Below, piece after piece: positions 27,961 through 38,384 of a stretch of 40,347 bases of DNA. This stretch comes from a virus. Taxonomy: Duplodnaviria; Caudoviricetes. Under the pieces are notes generated by a model. The model worked only from the letters and a program-made list of their open reading frames with translations, was not told the origin of the DNA and searched no databases. The translations under genes were made by a program, and so were the position numbers. The stretch is from positions 1-40,347 of the IMG/VR virus record IMGVR_UViG_3300036766_000337, one strand, 5' to 3'. The number at the start of each line of letters is the position of its first letter. Position 1 is the first letter of the stretch.

Positions 27961-28437
27961 CTATGCCATGATGCCGATAGCGATGTAGTCCACTAATCCT
28001 ACGTTCACATCGTTTGCTACCTCCACAGCTGCAGCCTTCGTCGCCGCTGTTCCGGTGAACGTTTGTGCAGCTACCGCCAGGTCTTGTCCGCCTGTGGAGT
28101 TCAACACTCCATTGTTGTTAGTAACTGCATCTCCAGCCGTACCTGCTGTTACCGCAACTACTCCAGCAGAGATAGTACCAGCCGGAACCGCCGCGCCATC
28201 GGGATAGTAACACTTGAATCCACCACTTGCACTATCCCACCTGACCAGGTATCCCAAGCTGGATACCCCGCTGCAGATTACCTGCTTCACCGTCTTGAAA
28301 TACGCGGCTATTCCCACATCTCCAATAGTGGAATTGTAGTTGGTAATGTTGACAGTACCAAATAACAGTCCTACCTTTGGAGACAGCTTCAGGACTGTTG
28401 GAGAGTCCTTTACCAGTGTTGCTGCATAAGCGCCCAT
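27961..28437 (-). CDS. Putative minor structural/decoration protein
   Basis: A/G/T/V-rich; AGGAG RBS; in the head cluster. Confidence 0.6.
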   Translation of the reverse strand: MGAYAATLVKDSPTVLKLSPKVGLLFGTVNITNYNSTIGDVGIAAYFKTVKQVICSGVSSLGYLVRWDSASGGFKCYYPDGAAVPAGTISAGVVAVTAGTAGDAVTNNNGVLNSTGGQDLAVAAQTFTGTAATKAAAVEVANDVNVGLVDYIAIGIMA

Positions 28438-28449
28438 TGGAGTCTCCTG

Positions 28450-28926
28450 TTAGAAAGGTGCGTTGAGGAGAACTTTCGTGGTACCATCCAGGGATACGCC
28501 AATCAACTGATCGTAGTCTGTAGCGCCAATCGCAGCTGTTTTGTCCGTGCCGGTCAGATAGAACGACTTCCCAGCCGCACCACTCGTGACTGAAGTATCT
28601 AGGGTAATTTGCCCCTTGATCTGCATCCACGCGTAGTAGGCTACATCCAACGTACCAGTGATAACCGCCAGTAGTGCACCTGCACCAACTGGGATGGTAT
28701 CAGCGTCGCTCAAGTCCACCACTACACGGCTGTTTGCCCAGCCTGTTCCAGCAAAGTATCCCACCAGACTTCCTACTGCTCCAGCAACGGTAGCGGTGTG
28801 ATTCTTTACCTGAACGTACTTATACACGTTTGCACCCTCAAAGCGGATAGTGCCAACACCATCTTTGTCGCTGGTGTCAACATCCGTCAGTCGGGTTACA
28901 AACACTTTCTTCACGCCTGCTGTCAT
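28450..28926 (-). CDS. Putative capsid decoration/cement protein
   Basis: Start MTAGVKK with AAGGAG RBS; YKYVQ and YAWMQIKG motifs; directly follows the capsid gene. Confidence 0.65.
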   Translation of the reverse strand: MTAGVKKVFVTRLTDVDTSDKDGVGTIRFEGANVYKYVQVKNHTATVAGAVGSLVGYFAGTGWANSRVVVDLSDADTIPVGAGALLAVITGTLDVAYYAWMQIKGQITLDTSVTSGAAGKSFYLTGTDKTAAIGATDYDQLIGVSLDGTTKVLLNAPF

Positions 28927-28973
28927 GTCAGATTGCTCCTTGGTTAAGGTTGGCCAATGACTAAGGCCGGGAA

Positions 28974-29987
28974 CTACGCCGTGTCGATGTTGTAGATGAC
29001 GCCCTGGCACTTCCGACGGCTGATCTTAAATGCACCAGCTGTGATGATCTGAGCTGCCCGATCGTTGACCTGATCCGGGATTGCCTTCCACTCAGTCATA
29101 TCGAAGAACATCATGGGGTCATAGGCGAACTTGATAAAGTTCGTATTCAGGAAGTACATCCTGGTGTTTGCCACGCTAGGAGCCCAGATCATCGGAATGC
29201 CTTTGTAGACGATGTTCTGAAATCCAAGGTCTGTCAGCTTGTTATTGCTCGTCCGATAGTACGTGAGGGTGTTATCCTCGTAGTACTCATAAGGAGTCTG
29301 TCCAGATAGAATGATATCTGGTGCATCCATCTTGAGGTTATTCATGCAGTTGTTCAGCATGGTCCTCATCAGGCTAACTCCATACGTTGCGAACGACTTG
29401 CCAGTAGCATTGGTAGCCTGATTTCTCCACCAGGTATTTTGACCAGCACTCGGGTCGATGCCACCAACAGTGTTACTAGCAGATGTTGGATCGTCAGGGA
29501 CAAGCCATTGCAGTCCATCAATGCTAGCTCCATTTGCAGTTGTGGTACCTGCAGTTACAGTTCCAGCGGCACCTGCCAGTCGAGTCTCCAGCTCGGTAAT
29601 CAGAGACATCTTGGTGTTCTCCATCTTGGAGTTCATCAAGGAGATGATCTCATTCTTACCCCTGTTTTGCTGATCGTCAACTCCAAACCTGACAAGCGAT
29701 CCAACCAGATAGCGCCAGCTGAACTGAGCAATGGTCATGAACTGGAAGTCCTGAAGGGACACCGTTCCGCCTTTGCCAATCCAGCCAATGTTATCGTTAG
29801 TTGCAAACTGCAAAGGTTCAGTTAGGAAGCGACCACCTTCTACCGGCTCCAACTTTCCTTTGTCCTTCAGCCAGAACCAGAAGGGCGTAGCACTGAAAAT
29901 GTTGTCTACCAGTGTGCTCTTCATATTCTGCCACGTCGAGGTATACAGGTTGTCCAGTACCTCGGTTAGCGTTAGTGCGGTTGCCAT
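28974..29987 (-). CDS. Major capsid protein
   Basis: 337 aa; DNIF..TP, IDGL, VGGID, WWRNQ, GFQNI.YKG, MYFLNT; follows the scaffold; GAGGAG RBS. Confidence 0.88.
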   Translation of the reverse strand: MATALTLTEVLDNLYTSTWQNMKSTLVDNIFSATPFWFWLKDKGKLEPVEGGRFLTEPLQFATNDNIGWIGKGGTVSLQDFQFMTIAQFSWRYLVGSLVRFGVDDQQNRGKNEIISLMNSKMENTKMSLITELETRLAGAAGTVTAGTTTANGASIDGLQWLVPDDPTSASNTVGGIDPSAGQNTWWRNQATNATGKSFATYGVSLMRTMLNNCMNNLKMDAPDIILSGQTPYEYYEDNTLTYYRTSNNKLTDLGFQNIVYKGIPMIWAPSVANTRMYFLNTNFIKFAYDPMMFFDMTEWKAIPDQVNDRAAQIITAGAFKISRRKCQGVIYNIDTA

Positions 29988-30012
29988 TGTTACTCCTCGT
30001 GATTAGGTGAGA

Positions 30013-30693
30013 TTACTGAACACGCGCATCAGAGGGGAGGCTACCCATTACAGATTCCCATGCCGCCTCTGCTGCATCCGTCGCCGTCATTTTGCTAGTG
30101 CTCACCGTCCGTGAGGAACTGGGCATAAGGCCCAGGAACGCCGGAGTTTCTTTCTTAACCTTCGGCATGTACTTCTCGTCCATCTTCTTTGCCTTGTCAG
30201 GAAACTCTTCTCTCACCAAGGCGTATGCCTGGCGCACAGTTAGCTTTGGATTAGCCTTGAGAGTGTCAGTTATTTCTGTCTTCCACTCCATGAAGTCTAG
30301 CTTCACCGCCGCCGTTTCCCTTACCTGTGTTTCAATACTGTTACGACCAAGATGCGTTGTAATTCCACCTACCTCGTCTTTGATAGGCTTTACTATCTCT
30401 GCCTGAATTCTGTCCATGATCTGTGATGTGATGTAGGCAGCGAAATCTTTTCGATCCAGTTTCTCCAGGTCCATATCTACCTGAATTTCCTTCACATCAT
30501 CTCTGGCAGCAATCTGTCTTCCGATCTGCTCTGCCATCTGCTGCATGTTAGACTGCATCCCCTGAACTGATCCAGCCAGGGTTTGCACAGCCTCGGCAAG
30601 GGCTGTCATTCTAGCCTCTGCCTTCTCAGCCTTTTCCTTGTCAGCTTGTTCTGCATCATCAGTGTTATCTTTGTTGTCAGCATCGTCTGCCAT
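30013..30693 (-). CDS. Capsid scaffolding protein
   Basis: Acidic, helical; immediately upstream of the capsid gene. Confidence 0.7.
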   Translation of the reverse strand: MADDADNKDNTDDAEQADKEKAEKAEARMTALAEAVQTLAGSVQGMQSNMQQMAEQIGRQIAARDDVKEIQVDMDLEKLDRKDFAAYITSQIMDRIQAEIVKPIKDEVGGITTHLGRNSIETQVRETAAVKLDFMEWKTEITDTLKANPKLTVRQAYALVREEFPDKAKKMDEKYMPKVKKETPAFLGLMPSSSRTVSTSKMTATDAAEAAWESVMGSLPSDARVQ

Positions 30694-30694
30694 G

Positions 30695-30907
30695 TTAAGC
30701 TCCTTGCTCTGTCAGCGTCTCTGACCGTTGTGTAACAGATTTGAGCTCGTCGTTAGCTCTGTGAATTGCATTCTGGCGGTTCACCTGATACTCCCGCAGA
30801 ATTGCCTGCAGTGATCTTTCGATCAATGCAACTGAAACACCATCCATATCGTGGAAAGTAACGATAGGAGCTGGATCAAACTTTACAACAATCTTCGGAG
30901 TACTCAT
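30695..30907 (-). CDS. Hypothetical protein
   Basis: Coupled to neighbouring genes. Confidence 0.6.
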   Translation of the reverse strand: MSTPKIVVKFDPAPIVTFHDMDGVSVALIERSLQAILREYQVNRQNAIHRANDELKSVTQRSETLTEQGA

Positions 30908-31170
30908 TCTGCATAGTCCATTGTTAGCCCACGTTCTCTACACTCAGCTCTCAACTGCCGCTTTGACTTGACGTAGACAGGTTCAAGTCCTAGATTTGGA
31001 TATAAGCCTTCACGGAAGATATGTACTGGCGTGCTGCTCACAAATATCTTCTCCATCGCCTCTCCGCAGACAGGACATATTGGTAGCAGAGGTTCGCTGC
31101 GCACAAATACATCCACTTCTAGCCCCTCACATGAGGGATACTTTTTACACCTAAAGTCAAAGATCGGCAT
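30904..31170 (-). CDS. FmdB-like zinc-ribbon protein
   Basis: MPIFDFRC...C...CPVCG..MEKI. Confidence 0.8.
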   Translation of the reverse strand: MPIFDFRCKKYPSCEGLEVDVFVRSEPLLPICPVCGEAMEKIFVSSTPVHIFREGLYPNLGLEPVYVKSKRQLRAECRERGLTMDYAE

Positions 31171-31175
31171 GTTCT

Positions 31176-31205
31176 ATATTACCATTGTGGGGTGTTGAGT
31201 AGCAA
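31176..31205 (-). promoter_or_regulatory. Possible extended -10 promoter giving a near-leaderless transcript for the head genes
   Basis: Minus strand reads TTGCTA-18 nt-TAATAT with TGn, 5 nt before ATG 31170; no SD. Confidence 0.35.
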
Positions 31206-31206
31206 A

Positions 31207-32916
31207 TCATGCGCCGGTTCCAGACCCCTTTTGTTGTTGATTCTGAGATAGCATCTGCACATATTGTTCTGTGGAGAGAGGCTGATCAGGATTCTGTCCC
31301 TGTCCCTGACCAAAGGTTTGTCCCAGTGAGCGCATCATGTTATCAAACTGCACCCCATGTAGCTCATGTAGATAGTATTTGGTTAGCTGCTCCGGGTCGA
31401 TCAGAGGGTTATCCTTCAGTACGTTGTACACTCCGTTAGCTCGTTCAGTTCTCGCCGCCTGTGTCATTGGCATAGCAGTGTCAGGGTCTATGTTTAAGTC
31501 GTAGCTAGCCGCCTTCAACATAGCTGGCTTGAATGCTACCCAAACTGGCAGGCCATTTGGCCCAGAAATACTAACCACCTGTTCTTCATTCCACTTGTCA
31601 AAGATCACCTTATGCAAGTCCTCAAACATATTCACCAGGATGTCCGCTATCATATCCTTCCGCTCATCCACTCTGATCTCGGCTGCCTGGGCGACTATCT
31701 GTGCCTCTGTAGCGGAGTGCCTGCCGCCACTCTCGGAGAAGTTCCCAGACTGATTTCGGCTAAAACCTAGATTCTCTCTCACATCATTCATAACCTCCAC
31801 GCCTGCCTGCCTCAGGGCCATTGGTATTTCAGATACCATCCTAGTCTCAATATCGGAGAGCTCACCATCTACCTGTACAACTGCTAGAACATCTTCTGAC
31901 AGGAGACGTTCGATCTCTTCCTGTTTTAGGCTATTCCGCTTGGCAAGGATTTTAGCGATGGACAACCTGCGATGTTTCATCTCCAAGGTTCTGATCTCAT
32001 TCAACTCTAGTTGCTGCGGTTCCAGAATCTGGGAATCTGCCACTCCCCAGAACACTTCATCATCATCGTTGAAGACAGCGGGGTAATAGGACAACCGACC
32101 ATTCAGCTGCATCTCATCATCATCTTCCAACAGCACCTTATCAGTTGCGAAAGGAGCTAGCAGGATCACCTTTTTGAACTTGGCATCTCTAATCTCTACC
32201 AAGTCAACCATGTCAGGTTTATCTCCTCCCTGCAACATAGGTTGATTCTGTGCTCCTGTCACCCGCTCTGCCGAAGCTTTCAGATTGGCGGTATGTTTAA
32301 GGCGTGGATCACTCTGCACGTCATGGAGAGGTCGTTGTATCCAGTTAGCCACCCATCTCGTATCTTCATAGTTCATCAGCCCGGCTGGGACTATAAAGTG
32401 CCCAGGATGGACTGACAAGAACCAGGGCATATTATCTCTAATGTTCATGTTGTACTCGAAGATTTCATCTCCACTGTGAGGATTGATAGTCTCTCCCAAG
32501 TCTGGAGTTGGAGTGAACTGGGCTCCAAAGCCAAGCTTTCCAATACCAGTTCCAAACATGAAACAGTTCTGTACAATCCTCTTAATCTGTTGTTTCACCT
32601 GCATTGTACGAATTAGCTTATTGTCGATACGCTCAATCAACTGAGAGAACGCCTGCTGCTCTGGGCCTGGCTTGTTGGCAGTCACACTGATGGAGGGGTT
32701 ACGAAAGTATATACGAGGAACAGTTGTCCTCATCATTCTGAAGAAGAGGTTAACCGGGAGAGTGCCGCTAACCCAGTTTCCACGATAGTAATTTCGCCAG
32801 GTATCCCACTTGTTCTCTCTTGCGAATTTCTTCCTAAAGGCGATCCCTTGCCGAATTTGTGAGATCCACCATGCCGGGTCTGGCTTACCTTTCACGTATC
32901 CCATCTGAGCACTCAT
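31207..32916 (-). CDS. Portal protein
   Basis: About 570 aa; FGTGIGKLG, SATEAQI motif, Q-rich tail; head-cluster position; ATGA overlap. Confidence 0.85.
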   Translation of the reverse strand: MSAQMGYVKGKPDPAWWISQIRQGIAFRKKFARENKWDTWRNYYRGNWVSGTLPVNLFFRMMRTTVPRIYFRNPSISVTANKPGPEQQAFSQLIERIDNKLIRTMQVKQQIKRIVQNCFMFGTGIGKLGFGAQFTPTPDLGETINPHSGDEIFEYNMNIRDNMPWFLSVHPGHFIVPAGLMNYEDTRWVANWIQRPLHDVQSDPRLKHTANLKASAERVTGAQNQPMLQGGDKPDMVDLVEIRDAKFKKVILLAPFATDKVLLEDDDEMQLNGRLSYYPAVFNDDDEVFWGVADSQILEPQQLELNEIRTLEMKHRRLSIAKILAKRNSLKQEEIERLLSEDVLAVVQVDGELSDIETRMVSEIPMALRQAGVEVMNDVRENLGFSRNQSGNFSESGGRHSATEAQIVAQAAEIRVDERKDMIADILVNMFEDLHKVIFDKWNEEQVVSISGPNGLPVWVAFKPAMLKAASYDLNIDPDTAMPMTQAARTERANGVYNVLKDNPLIDPEQLTKYYLHELHGVQFDNMMRSLGQTFGQGQGQNPDQPLSTEQYVQMLSQNQQQKGSGTGA

Positions 32917-34178
32917 ATCCAACCCCAGTCTTTTAATAGTGGTATCTCTCGTTCAGCCCGTTCTCCTATGTCCACTCTGTATTGAATATCAATAGCTTTG
33001 ATATTGTGAACAGTACGATAGACACGATCCCTTGTTTCTTTGATAGTGCGACCATGAGCGGTCACCTTCATCAGCACTCCATCACAGGCAGCATACCTGT
33101 ACGTATCCTTATCCTTATAGATATCCTTGAGGTAGATATGCTTCAGGTTATCTTCTGTTATACCAGACACTGGCATCCCTTCATCTGGCTCTTTCAAATC
33201 CTGCGGATGGCAAGCTGGCCAGGGATCACGAGAGATTGGGACAGCTATGCTGAAGTCGTTTGTGTAGTCTATGGTCTTCTTCACACCCATTGCAGTTTCG
33301 AACAACAGGTCTGCCATCGGCTCCTTCAATCCCTCCATCAGTGCATCTATCGCATCGTAGCCAAATCTGCAGGACATCTCCAGAGCGTAGGCCTTCTCCT
33401 TCGTCACAATACAGTTGATGTCAAAAGGACCTCGGTAGGAGCAGGCTTTCAAAGCTGGTGTCATCTTGAGTAAGGTCTCCTGCACCAACTTATCTCCCTC
33501 ATGTGCATTGACTACCAAGTTGCCCATGCAGCCAGTTAGCTTACCAACTTCTCCTATCATAAATCGCTTTTCTTCAAAGGTATGATTGAAAGGTTTGATC
33601 CAGTCTCTTCCATTAAACCATCCTTCGGTAGAGATTTCAACACTTCCAGCTTTGGGTAAGAGAGCCTGCACGATGAACTCTTGACCAGGCTTAAAGGTGG
33701 AAAGAGCCCATTCGTAAATCTCCGGAGTTTCGCAAAGATACGTCTTTCCGGTGTCAAGGTTACCACTCGGCTTGACAACATATCCTTCATCAGAGTTCCA
33801 ATCCTTTAAGATTTTCAACGCTTCGGAAACATTCTTGCAGTATGTGTATTCTGGTACTGTCACCCCAGCCTTTTTCAGAAGCTCTGTACCACGAACACGA
33901 TCCAGTTCCATTATGTCGGCAGCCTTGTTGCAGCAGAGATAAGGCTTTCCAGTTCCTCTCATCATATCTTCCAGGTGAGAGAAGCCTACCATATCGAAGA
34001 TGATCAAATCTGCCTTGTCGATGTAAGGACGAAAGCTGGTAACTCTGTTAATGATGCCCTTAAGTTCATTCTTCCCGTGAGGGTCCTTGATGTACATATC
34101 TACAACGTGTCCCTCTTTCTGCAGTCGATGTGCTATGACCAGACCATCTCCCTCCTTTGAGATAATCAAAATTCTCAT
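32913..34178 (-). CDS. PurD-like ATP-grasp ligase
   Basis: ELDR, VVKPSG, EIS.EG, EEKR, TGCMG, YRG...IN, LEMSCRFG follow the GAR-synthetase ATP-grasp layout. Confidence 0.8.
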   Translation of the reverse strand: MRILIISKEGDGLVIAHRLQKEGHVVDMYIKDPHGKNELKGIINRVTSFRPYIDKADLIIFDMVGFSHLEDMMRGTGKPYLCCNKAADIMELDRVRGTELLKKAGVTVPEYTYCKNVSEALKILKDWNSDEGYVVKPSGNLDTGKTYLCETPEIYEWALSTFKPGQEFIVQALLPKAGSVEISTEGWFNGRDWIKPFNHTFEEKRFMIGEVGKLTGCMGNLVVNAHEGDKLVQETLLKMTPALKACSYRGPFDINCIVTKEKAYALEMSCRFGYDAIDALMEGLKEPMADLLFETAMGVKKTIDYTNDFSIAVPISRDPWPACHPQDLKEPDEGMPVSGITEDNLKHIYLKDIYKDKDTYRYAACDGVLMKVTAHGRTIKETRDRVYRTVHNIKAIDIQYRVDIGERAEREIPLLKDWGWI

Positions 34179-35758
34179 TGCTCATACTCAAGGCTGACTT
34201 GAGGACGGATAGGATACACGTTGTTCCTGCCGTGCATCTCCTTAATGATGTAGTCCAGGGAGAAGATGTCTGGAGCCAGACTTGAAGGATTGACCGTCTT
34301 CATCTGTGGGATTATTAGAGACGCTCTCGGTAGTACGTACAGAGCCAGAGCGGCTGCTATAACCGTATCATCGTGCTGTCCCTCTACAGCTCCCATACTT
34401 CCATCCTCATGCTCAACGAACGTATTGCACTCATCCTTCAGGATTTGGCTGTGAATTAGGCCAGTTTGTGCAAGAGATTTTCGAAGCACTCCAATGATAT
34501 AAGGCTTGTTTCTTGCTGTGGTTCTTACACCATACTCAGCTAGACGAGTTACAATGTCAGGATTTCTACGAGGTTGTAAGGTTCGATGAATTAGAAAGGA
34601 TGGATAGAATTTCTTTAGTTCTCCAAGAGTAAGGATACCGTGGTTGTTGGCTTCCACAGCCGTATAGGCATTGCCATATGCTGCGGCGAGGTGTGCAATG
34701 TGAGTTGCAAATACATCAGGCTCAGTTCTATTACTTATCCATTCGGCAACCTGCTCTTCAGTTTCAATACAGAAGATCTCCATAACCGAGCTATCCTTCC
34801 CAACACCTGCCGCAACGTCGCAACCAACAACATAGTGCTTATCCGGAGAGGGATGACCTTCAAGTTGCCATAGAAACTGTGAGGTCTTCTTCCATCTGGC
34901 TGTATCTTCATATCGAACCCTTGTAAAAATTCCACTACCCGTCGCAGCAAAGCACTCATCGAGAGTCATTGGGTACTCTCGTTTGAAGCCATGCAGGTTG
35001 TAGTCTAGTTCGTCTAGCTTCTCCCGCCGCCAGGAGAGTTGTCCAGCCGTCAGGTGGAATTGGCTAACTAGATCAGGCTCTTCCAAACTATCATCCAGAT
35101 TGGACAGTATGTTGGAAGTCTGCTCCTGACTCAGTTCATGAGTATATTCCGGGAAGGTATGCCACGGCAGGAAGTGCAACTTAAAACGAGATTGCCCCTT
35201 CGCCGACCTTACACACATGGAGTGATAGTAATCTCCAGGACCATTCCCTGTGCTCTCAATACTAATTCTGCCGTTAGCTGCCGCTTGGAAAAGGCCTGTT
35301 GCCATTCTCCGTTGATCGGCCCAGTAAGCCAACTCTGAACAGTGAAGGTCTGTGATTGTATCACCACGTCCAAAATTCTTGCTCCCCGCCGTTCCAATAT
35401 AGAAAACGGAATTTGTCTTGGGGAAAGATATCTCATTCTTGGAATTGTTCTTAATGACAGCTTTCGGAGCCTTGATTGTGTCAAGATAGTATCGCACTTT
35501 GTCAAGCATCCGTTGAGTGGCATCGCTCTCATGGGAAATTACCACGGCAGTTGTATTATGTTGGCTCAGACACCTAACGGTGTTACGAGCGAGGAAGTAG
35601 GAGGACACACCCTCCCGACGGGCCTTTGGTACTAGGTCTCTACCAGTCAGATTATTATCCAGTAGTACCTGTGCGGAATTCAGTTTGAAGTCTACATCCA
35701 CACTGTCCTTGTTAACAATGCAGAGGAGGTTCTCGATGACTATTCGCTCAGGAGTCAT
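34175..35758 (-). CDS. terL: Terminase large subunit
   Basis: KARREGVSS (Walker A-like), GRGDT, LHCSE, IESTGNG, VGCDVA, VEANNHG, HDDTV. Confidence 0.93.
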   Translation of the reverse strand: MTPERIVIENLLCIVNKDSVDVDFKLNSAQVLLDNNLTGRDLVPKARREGVSSYFLARNTVRCLSQHNTTAVVISHESDATQRMLDKVRYYLDTIKAPKAVIKNNSKNEISFPKTNSVFYIGTAGSKNFGRGDTITDLHCSELAYWADQRRMATGLFQAAANGRISIESTGNGPGDYYHSMCVRSAKGQSRFKLHFLPWHTFPEYTHELSQEQTSNILSNLDDSLEEPDLVSQFHLTAGQLSWRREKLDELDYNLHGFKREYPMTLDECFAATGSGIFTRVRYEDTARWKKTSQFLWQLEGHPSPDKHYVVGCDVAAGVGKDSSVMEIFCIETEEQVAEWISNRTEPDVFATHIAHLAAAYGNAYTAVEANNHGILTLGELKKFYPSFLIHRTLQPRRNPDIVTRLAEYGVRTTARNKPYIIGVLRKSLAQTGLIHSQILKDECNTFVEHEDGSMGAVEGQHDDTVIAAALALYVLPRASLIIPQMKTVNPSSLAPDIFSLDYIIKEMHGRNNVYPIRPQVSLEYEQ

Positions 35759-35780
35759 AGTGATGTAACAATTTGTTATG
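35758..35780. repeat. Palindrome copy 5 within a 23-bp direct repeat (tagtgatgtaacaatttgttatg)
   Basis: 22/23 identical to 38385-38407. Confidence 0.9.
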
Positions 35781-35783
35781 TCC

Positions 35784-36512
35784 CTATGCTGGAAATGTTA
35801 GCGTTATGGTGTAGGTGACGGTGAGCTGTCCAGCGTTGAGTACCGAGACCGTGGCGCCGAGCAGCGAGCGCTCAATCATGAATGCTGCACTTGAGGCATT
35901 AAGGCCATAGGTGAAAACAGCGTAGATGCCGGTCTCTGCTACTACAATGGTGCCGCCAGAATTATTATTGAAAATTCTAGCTAGGGTCATAGTCCACAAT
36001 TTGGAGCCTGCCGTGTAAGCTGCGCCAGTTGCCGTTGATGCAGTATATGATAGTTGGCCACTACCGTTACCATGTGCAATTTTTGTGACGAGAGTATTAT
36101 TCTCAAAACTCTCTGCCGTTGATCCAGTCCCCACAACAATTCCTGCTGTGTCTATAGATATATTTGCACATAAAAATAACCCCGTTGTGACTGAATTCAA
36201 GGGGCTGCTAATCGCAATATAACCAATTCCCCGCACTGTTCCACCAGTATCTTTTAGGCCCAAAAACCCCGATCCAAATGTAGCTGCTGACACATAGTTG
36301 CTAGAGTTGAGCAATGTCGCGTTCCAGAAGTTACGGTTAAACGTCCGGCTGCGGCCTTCATAGTGCTCGCCTGGCGAGCCATCCGGGTTCGTTGCCTGGA
36401 CTGTGATGTACATCATCGGCACTGGAATGCCGAGCTTCGCGCCGAGGCGTTCCAGCTCAAGGTAGTCAGCTTCAGGTTTAGCAACACCTGGGATAAAAAG
36501 ATCTAAGTTCAT
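35784..36512 (-). CDS. Putative structural protein (beta-rich, fibre-like)
   Basis: GIVVGTG, FNNNSG...VAETGI, LTVTYTI; G/S/T-rich. Confidence 0.6.
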   Translation of the reverse strand: MNLDLFIPGVAKPEADYLELERLGAKLGIPVPMMYITVQATNPDGSPGEHYEGRSRTFNRNFWNATLLNSSNYVSAATFGSGFLGLKDTGGTVRGIGYIAISSPLNSVTTGLFLCANISIDTAGIVVGTGSTAESFENNTLVTKIAHGNGSGQLSYTASTATGAAYTAGSKLWTMTLARIFNNNSGGTIVVAETGIYAVFTYGLNASSAAFMIERSLLGATVSVLNAGQLTVTYTITLTFPA

Positions 36513-36754
36513 GGTGAATGTGCAGATACAGAGATGCCCGGCATTTCACTATCGAGCGTTAGCGTCGTTGTCGATGTATAGATATTCACAGCACCAAGAT
36601 TCGTTCCAACAGATATTCCAGTTACAAATGGATCAAGAACTATTATCGGAACGCCAATTCTATAGCTACCAATAGAGAACTTAACTTTCCCACTTTCCAT
36701 TTGCGGTAAGTTAACAGCTGGATTTATCCAAATTCGCTGACGAAAAAAGCTCAT
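36509..36754 (-). CDS. Hypothetical protein
   Basis: ATGA overlaps on both sides. Confidence 0.6.
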   Translation of the reverse strand: MSFFRQRIWINPAVNLPQMESGKVKFSIGSYRIGVPIIVLDPFVTGISVGTNLGAVNIYTSTTTLTLDSEMPGISVSAHSP

Positions 36755-37104
36755 GGCACAATTCGATTAGCAAAACCATGCATCTGAATTACGTTAGCAC
36801 TTCCTGCGTAGGCAGCCACAATTAAACCATTCTGCAGAGGCAGTCCAGGAATAATACATTTTAACCCATCTTTTGAAGAAACGGTATAAATGATATCATC
36901 GTCAGGACTAGTTGTTCCTCCCCATTGTACTGTTAGCAGAACATCGGTAGCTGCTGTATTGATCGCCCACAGCCATATTTCATCAAAGGACGACGTGCCA
37001 GCAATCGCTGTGTGGATAGTAGTTCCTGTACTAGCAGTCGCAACTACCTTGACTGGAAGACCATTTGCAGCACCACTTAGACAAATCTTTGTAAATGTAC
37101 TCAT
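36751..37104 (-). CDS. Putative small structural beta-sandwich protein
   Basis: GTTIHTA, DEIWLWAIN, VQWGG; coupled to neighbours. Confidence 0.65.
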   Translation of the reverse strand: MSTFTKICLSGAANGLPVKVVATASTGTTIHTAIAGTSSFDEIWLWAINTAATDVLLTVQWGGTTSPDDDIIYTVSSKDGLKCIIPGLPLQNGLIVAAYAGSANVIQMHGFANRIVP

Positions 37105-37718
37105 GTAAATATCTGTGCTTGTAAAATATCAAGGCTGACTACCACTTGCCAAGTAGCATCCTCTCGTAGGAACTTTGTCGTTCCTGTAGTTACCCCAGGG
37201 TCTGGAACAGCTCCTCTAGCATGACTTGATCCACTAGCCACAAAATCAGATATTGAGATGTTAGGAGTTGTACTACCGGATGAGGTGATAGGAGGAGTAC
37301 CACTAACACTAGCTACCTTTGCATCTGCAGCTCCAGCAGAATCAAAGTCTCCCACTGCATGAGTCGATGCAGTTCCAAGACCATGAACTGCAGTCCCAGT
37401 ATTTCCTATATGAGTTGTTAGATTACCCTGAACTGTGCTAGCGGCCCCAGCAGCATCATACGCACTGGACGCTGTAAATGCAGCACTTCCAAGTGCCCCA
37501 CCATCCTTTATAAGCTTTCCAGTAATCCCATCAAACACCGAGACGTGTCCATCTGTGGAAGACCCAGGTCCTACAACATCCCCACTCCCAGGTGGGGGCA
37601 CAGCATTCACTGCGGCTGTTATTGTCAAGTACCACTTTGCCCATATAGGCGTCAAGCTCCAGGCAACTGGCTGCTGCTGATTTTGATGAACTTCGATTGG
37701 AGGACGCTGGACTGTCAC
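37101..37718 (-). CDS. Fibre-like structural protein
   Basis: GDVVGP.SSTD...FDG.TGKLIKD and GAVPDP...KFLREDATW fibre-type motifs. Confidence 0.65.
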   Translation of the reverse strand: MTVQRPPIEVHQNQQQPVAWSLTPIWAKWYLTITAAVNAVPPPGSGDVVGPGSSTDGHVSVFDGITGKLIKDGGALGSAAFTASSAYDAAGAASTVQGNLTTHIGNTGTAVHGLGTASTHAVGDFDSAGAADAKVASVSGTPPITSSGSTTPNISISDFVASGSSHARGAVPDPGVTTGTTKFLREDATWQVVVSLDILQAQIFT

Positions 37719-37766
37719 GAACTCACCGCCGCATTACTCGCCGCCGACGCCGCTCCATAGCTCATA

Positions 37767-38372
37767 TTAATTTACCTGAGCGTAGAATGCGCAGTCTGTA
37801 CCACCGATAGTCTTGGTAAAGGTTCCTGTGGAGGAGTTACAAACTACAATACCAGTTGATGCTACCAGGGGAGCTGGCAGATCAAGGACAAAGATGGATG
37901 CCGCGGCTATCGGGATGGGAGGAAAGAGCAGGGTAACAGCGCCATTTGCAGGGAGAGTTGCAGAGTTCATCAGTAGGATAAACTGTGCGGCTCCACTATT
38001 GAAAATGGAGAGCTGACATAACTGCCCAGCAGATGCCTTCAATATGTGAGAGGCCTCCAGAGCTGTGCTAACAACTTGAGTTACGGCAGAACGTTGAATT
38101 GTGAATACAGTTGTGCTAGGAGTGAGAGCCGTGCCAATGGCGGCAGCTAGCAGCTTAACCAAGCCTCGAAGCTTTGCACTAACAGTTCCACTCGCATCAG
38201 TGGAAACCGCAGCATCAGCGACAGCTCCCTGCGTTGAATCTGCACCATTGGCAACTGTTATTCCTCCAATGGTAACAGAGCCTGTTATGTCTATACCACC
38301 GTTGGAGCCTGTCACCGCAGCCCAGATGCCCTTGACAGAATCAAAGTATCTCATATTCCCACCGTCGCTCAT
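37767..38372 (-). CDS. Putative structural protein
   Basis: A/G/S/T-rich with a C-terminal beta domain; GGAG RBS. Confidence 0.6.
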   Translation of the reverse strand: MSDGGNMRYFDSVKGIWAAVTGSNGGIDITGSVTIGGITVANGADSTQGAVADAAVSTDASGTVSAKLRGLVKLLAAAIGTALTPSTTVFTIQRSAVTQVVSTALEASHILKASAGQLCQLSIFNSGAAQFILLMNSATLPANGAVTLLFPPIPIAAASIFVLDLPAPLVASTGIVVCNSSTGTFTKTIGGTDCAFYAQVN

Positions 38373-38384
38373 GCTAGCTCCATG

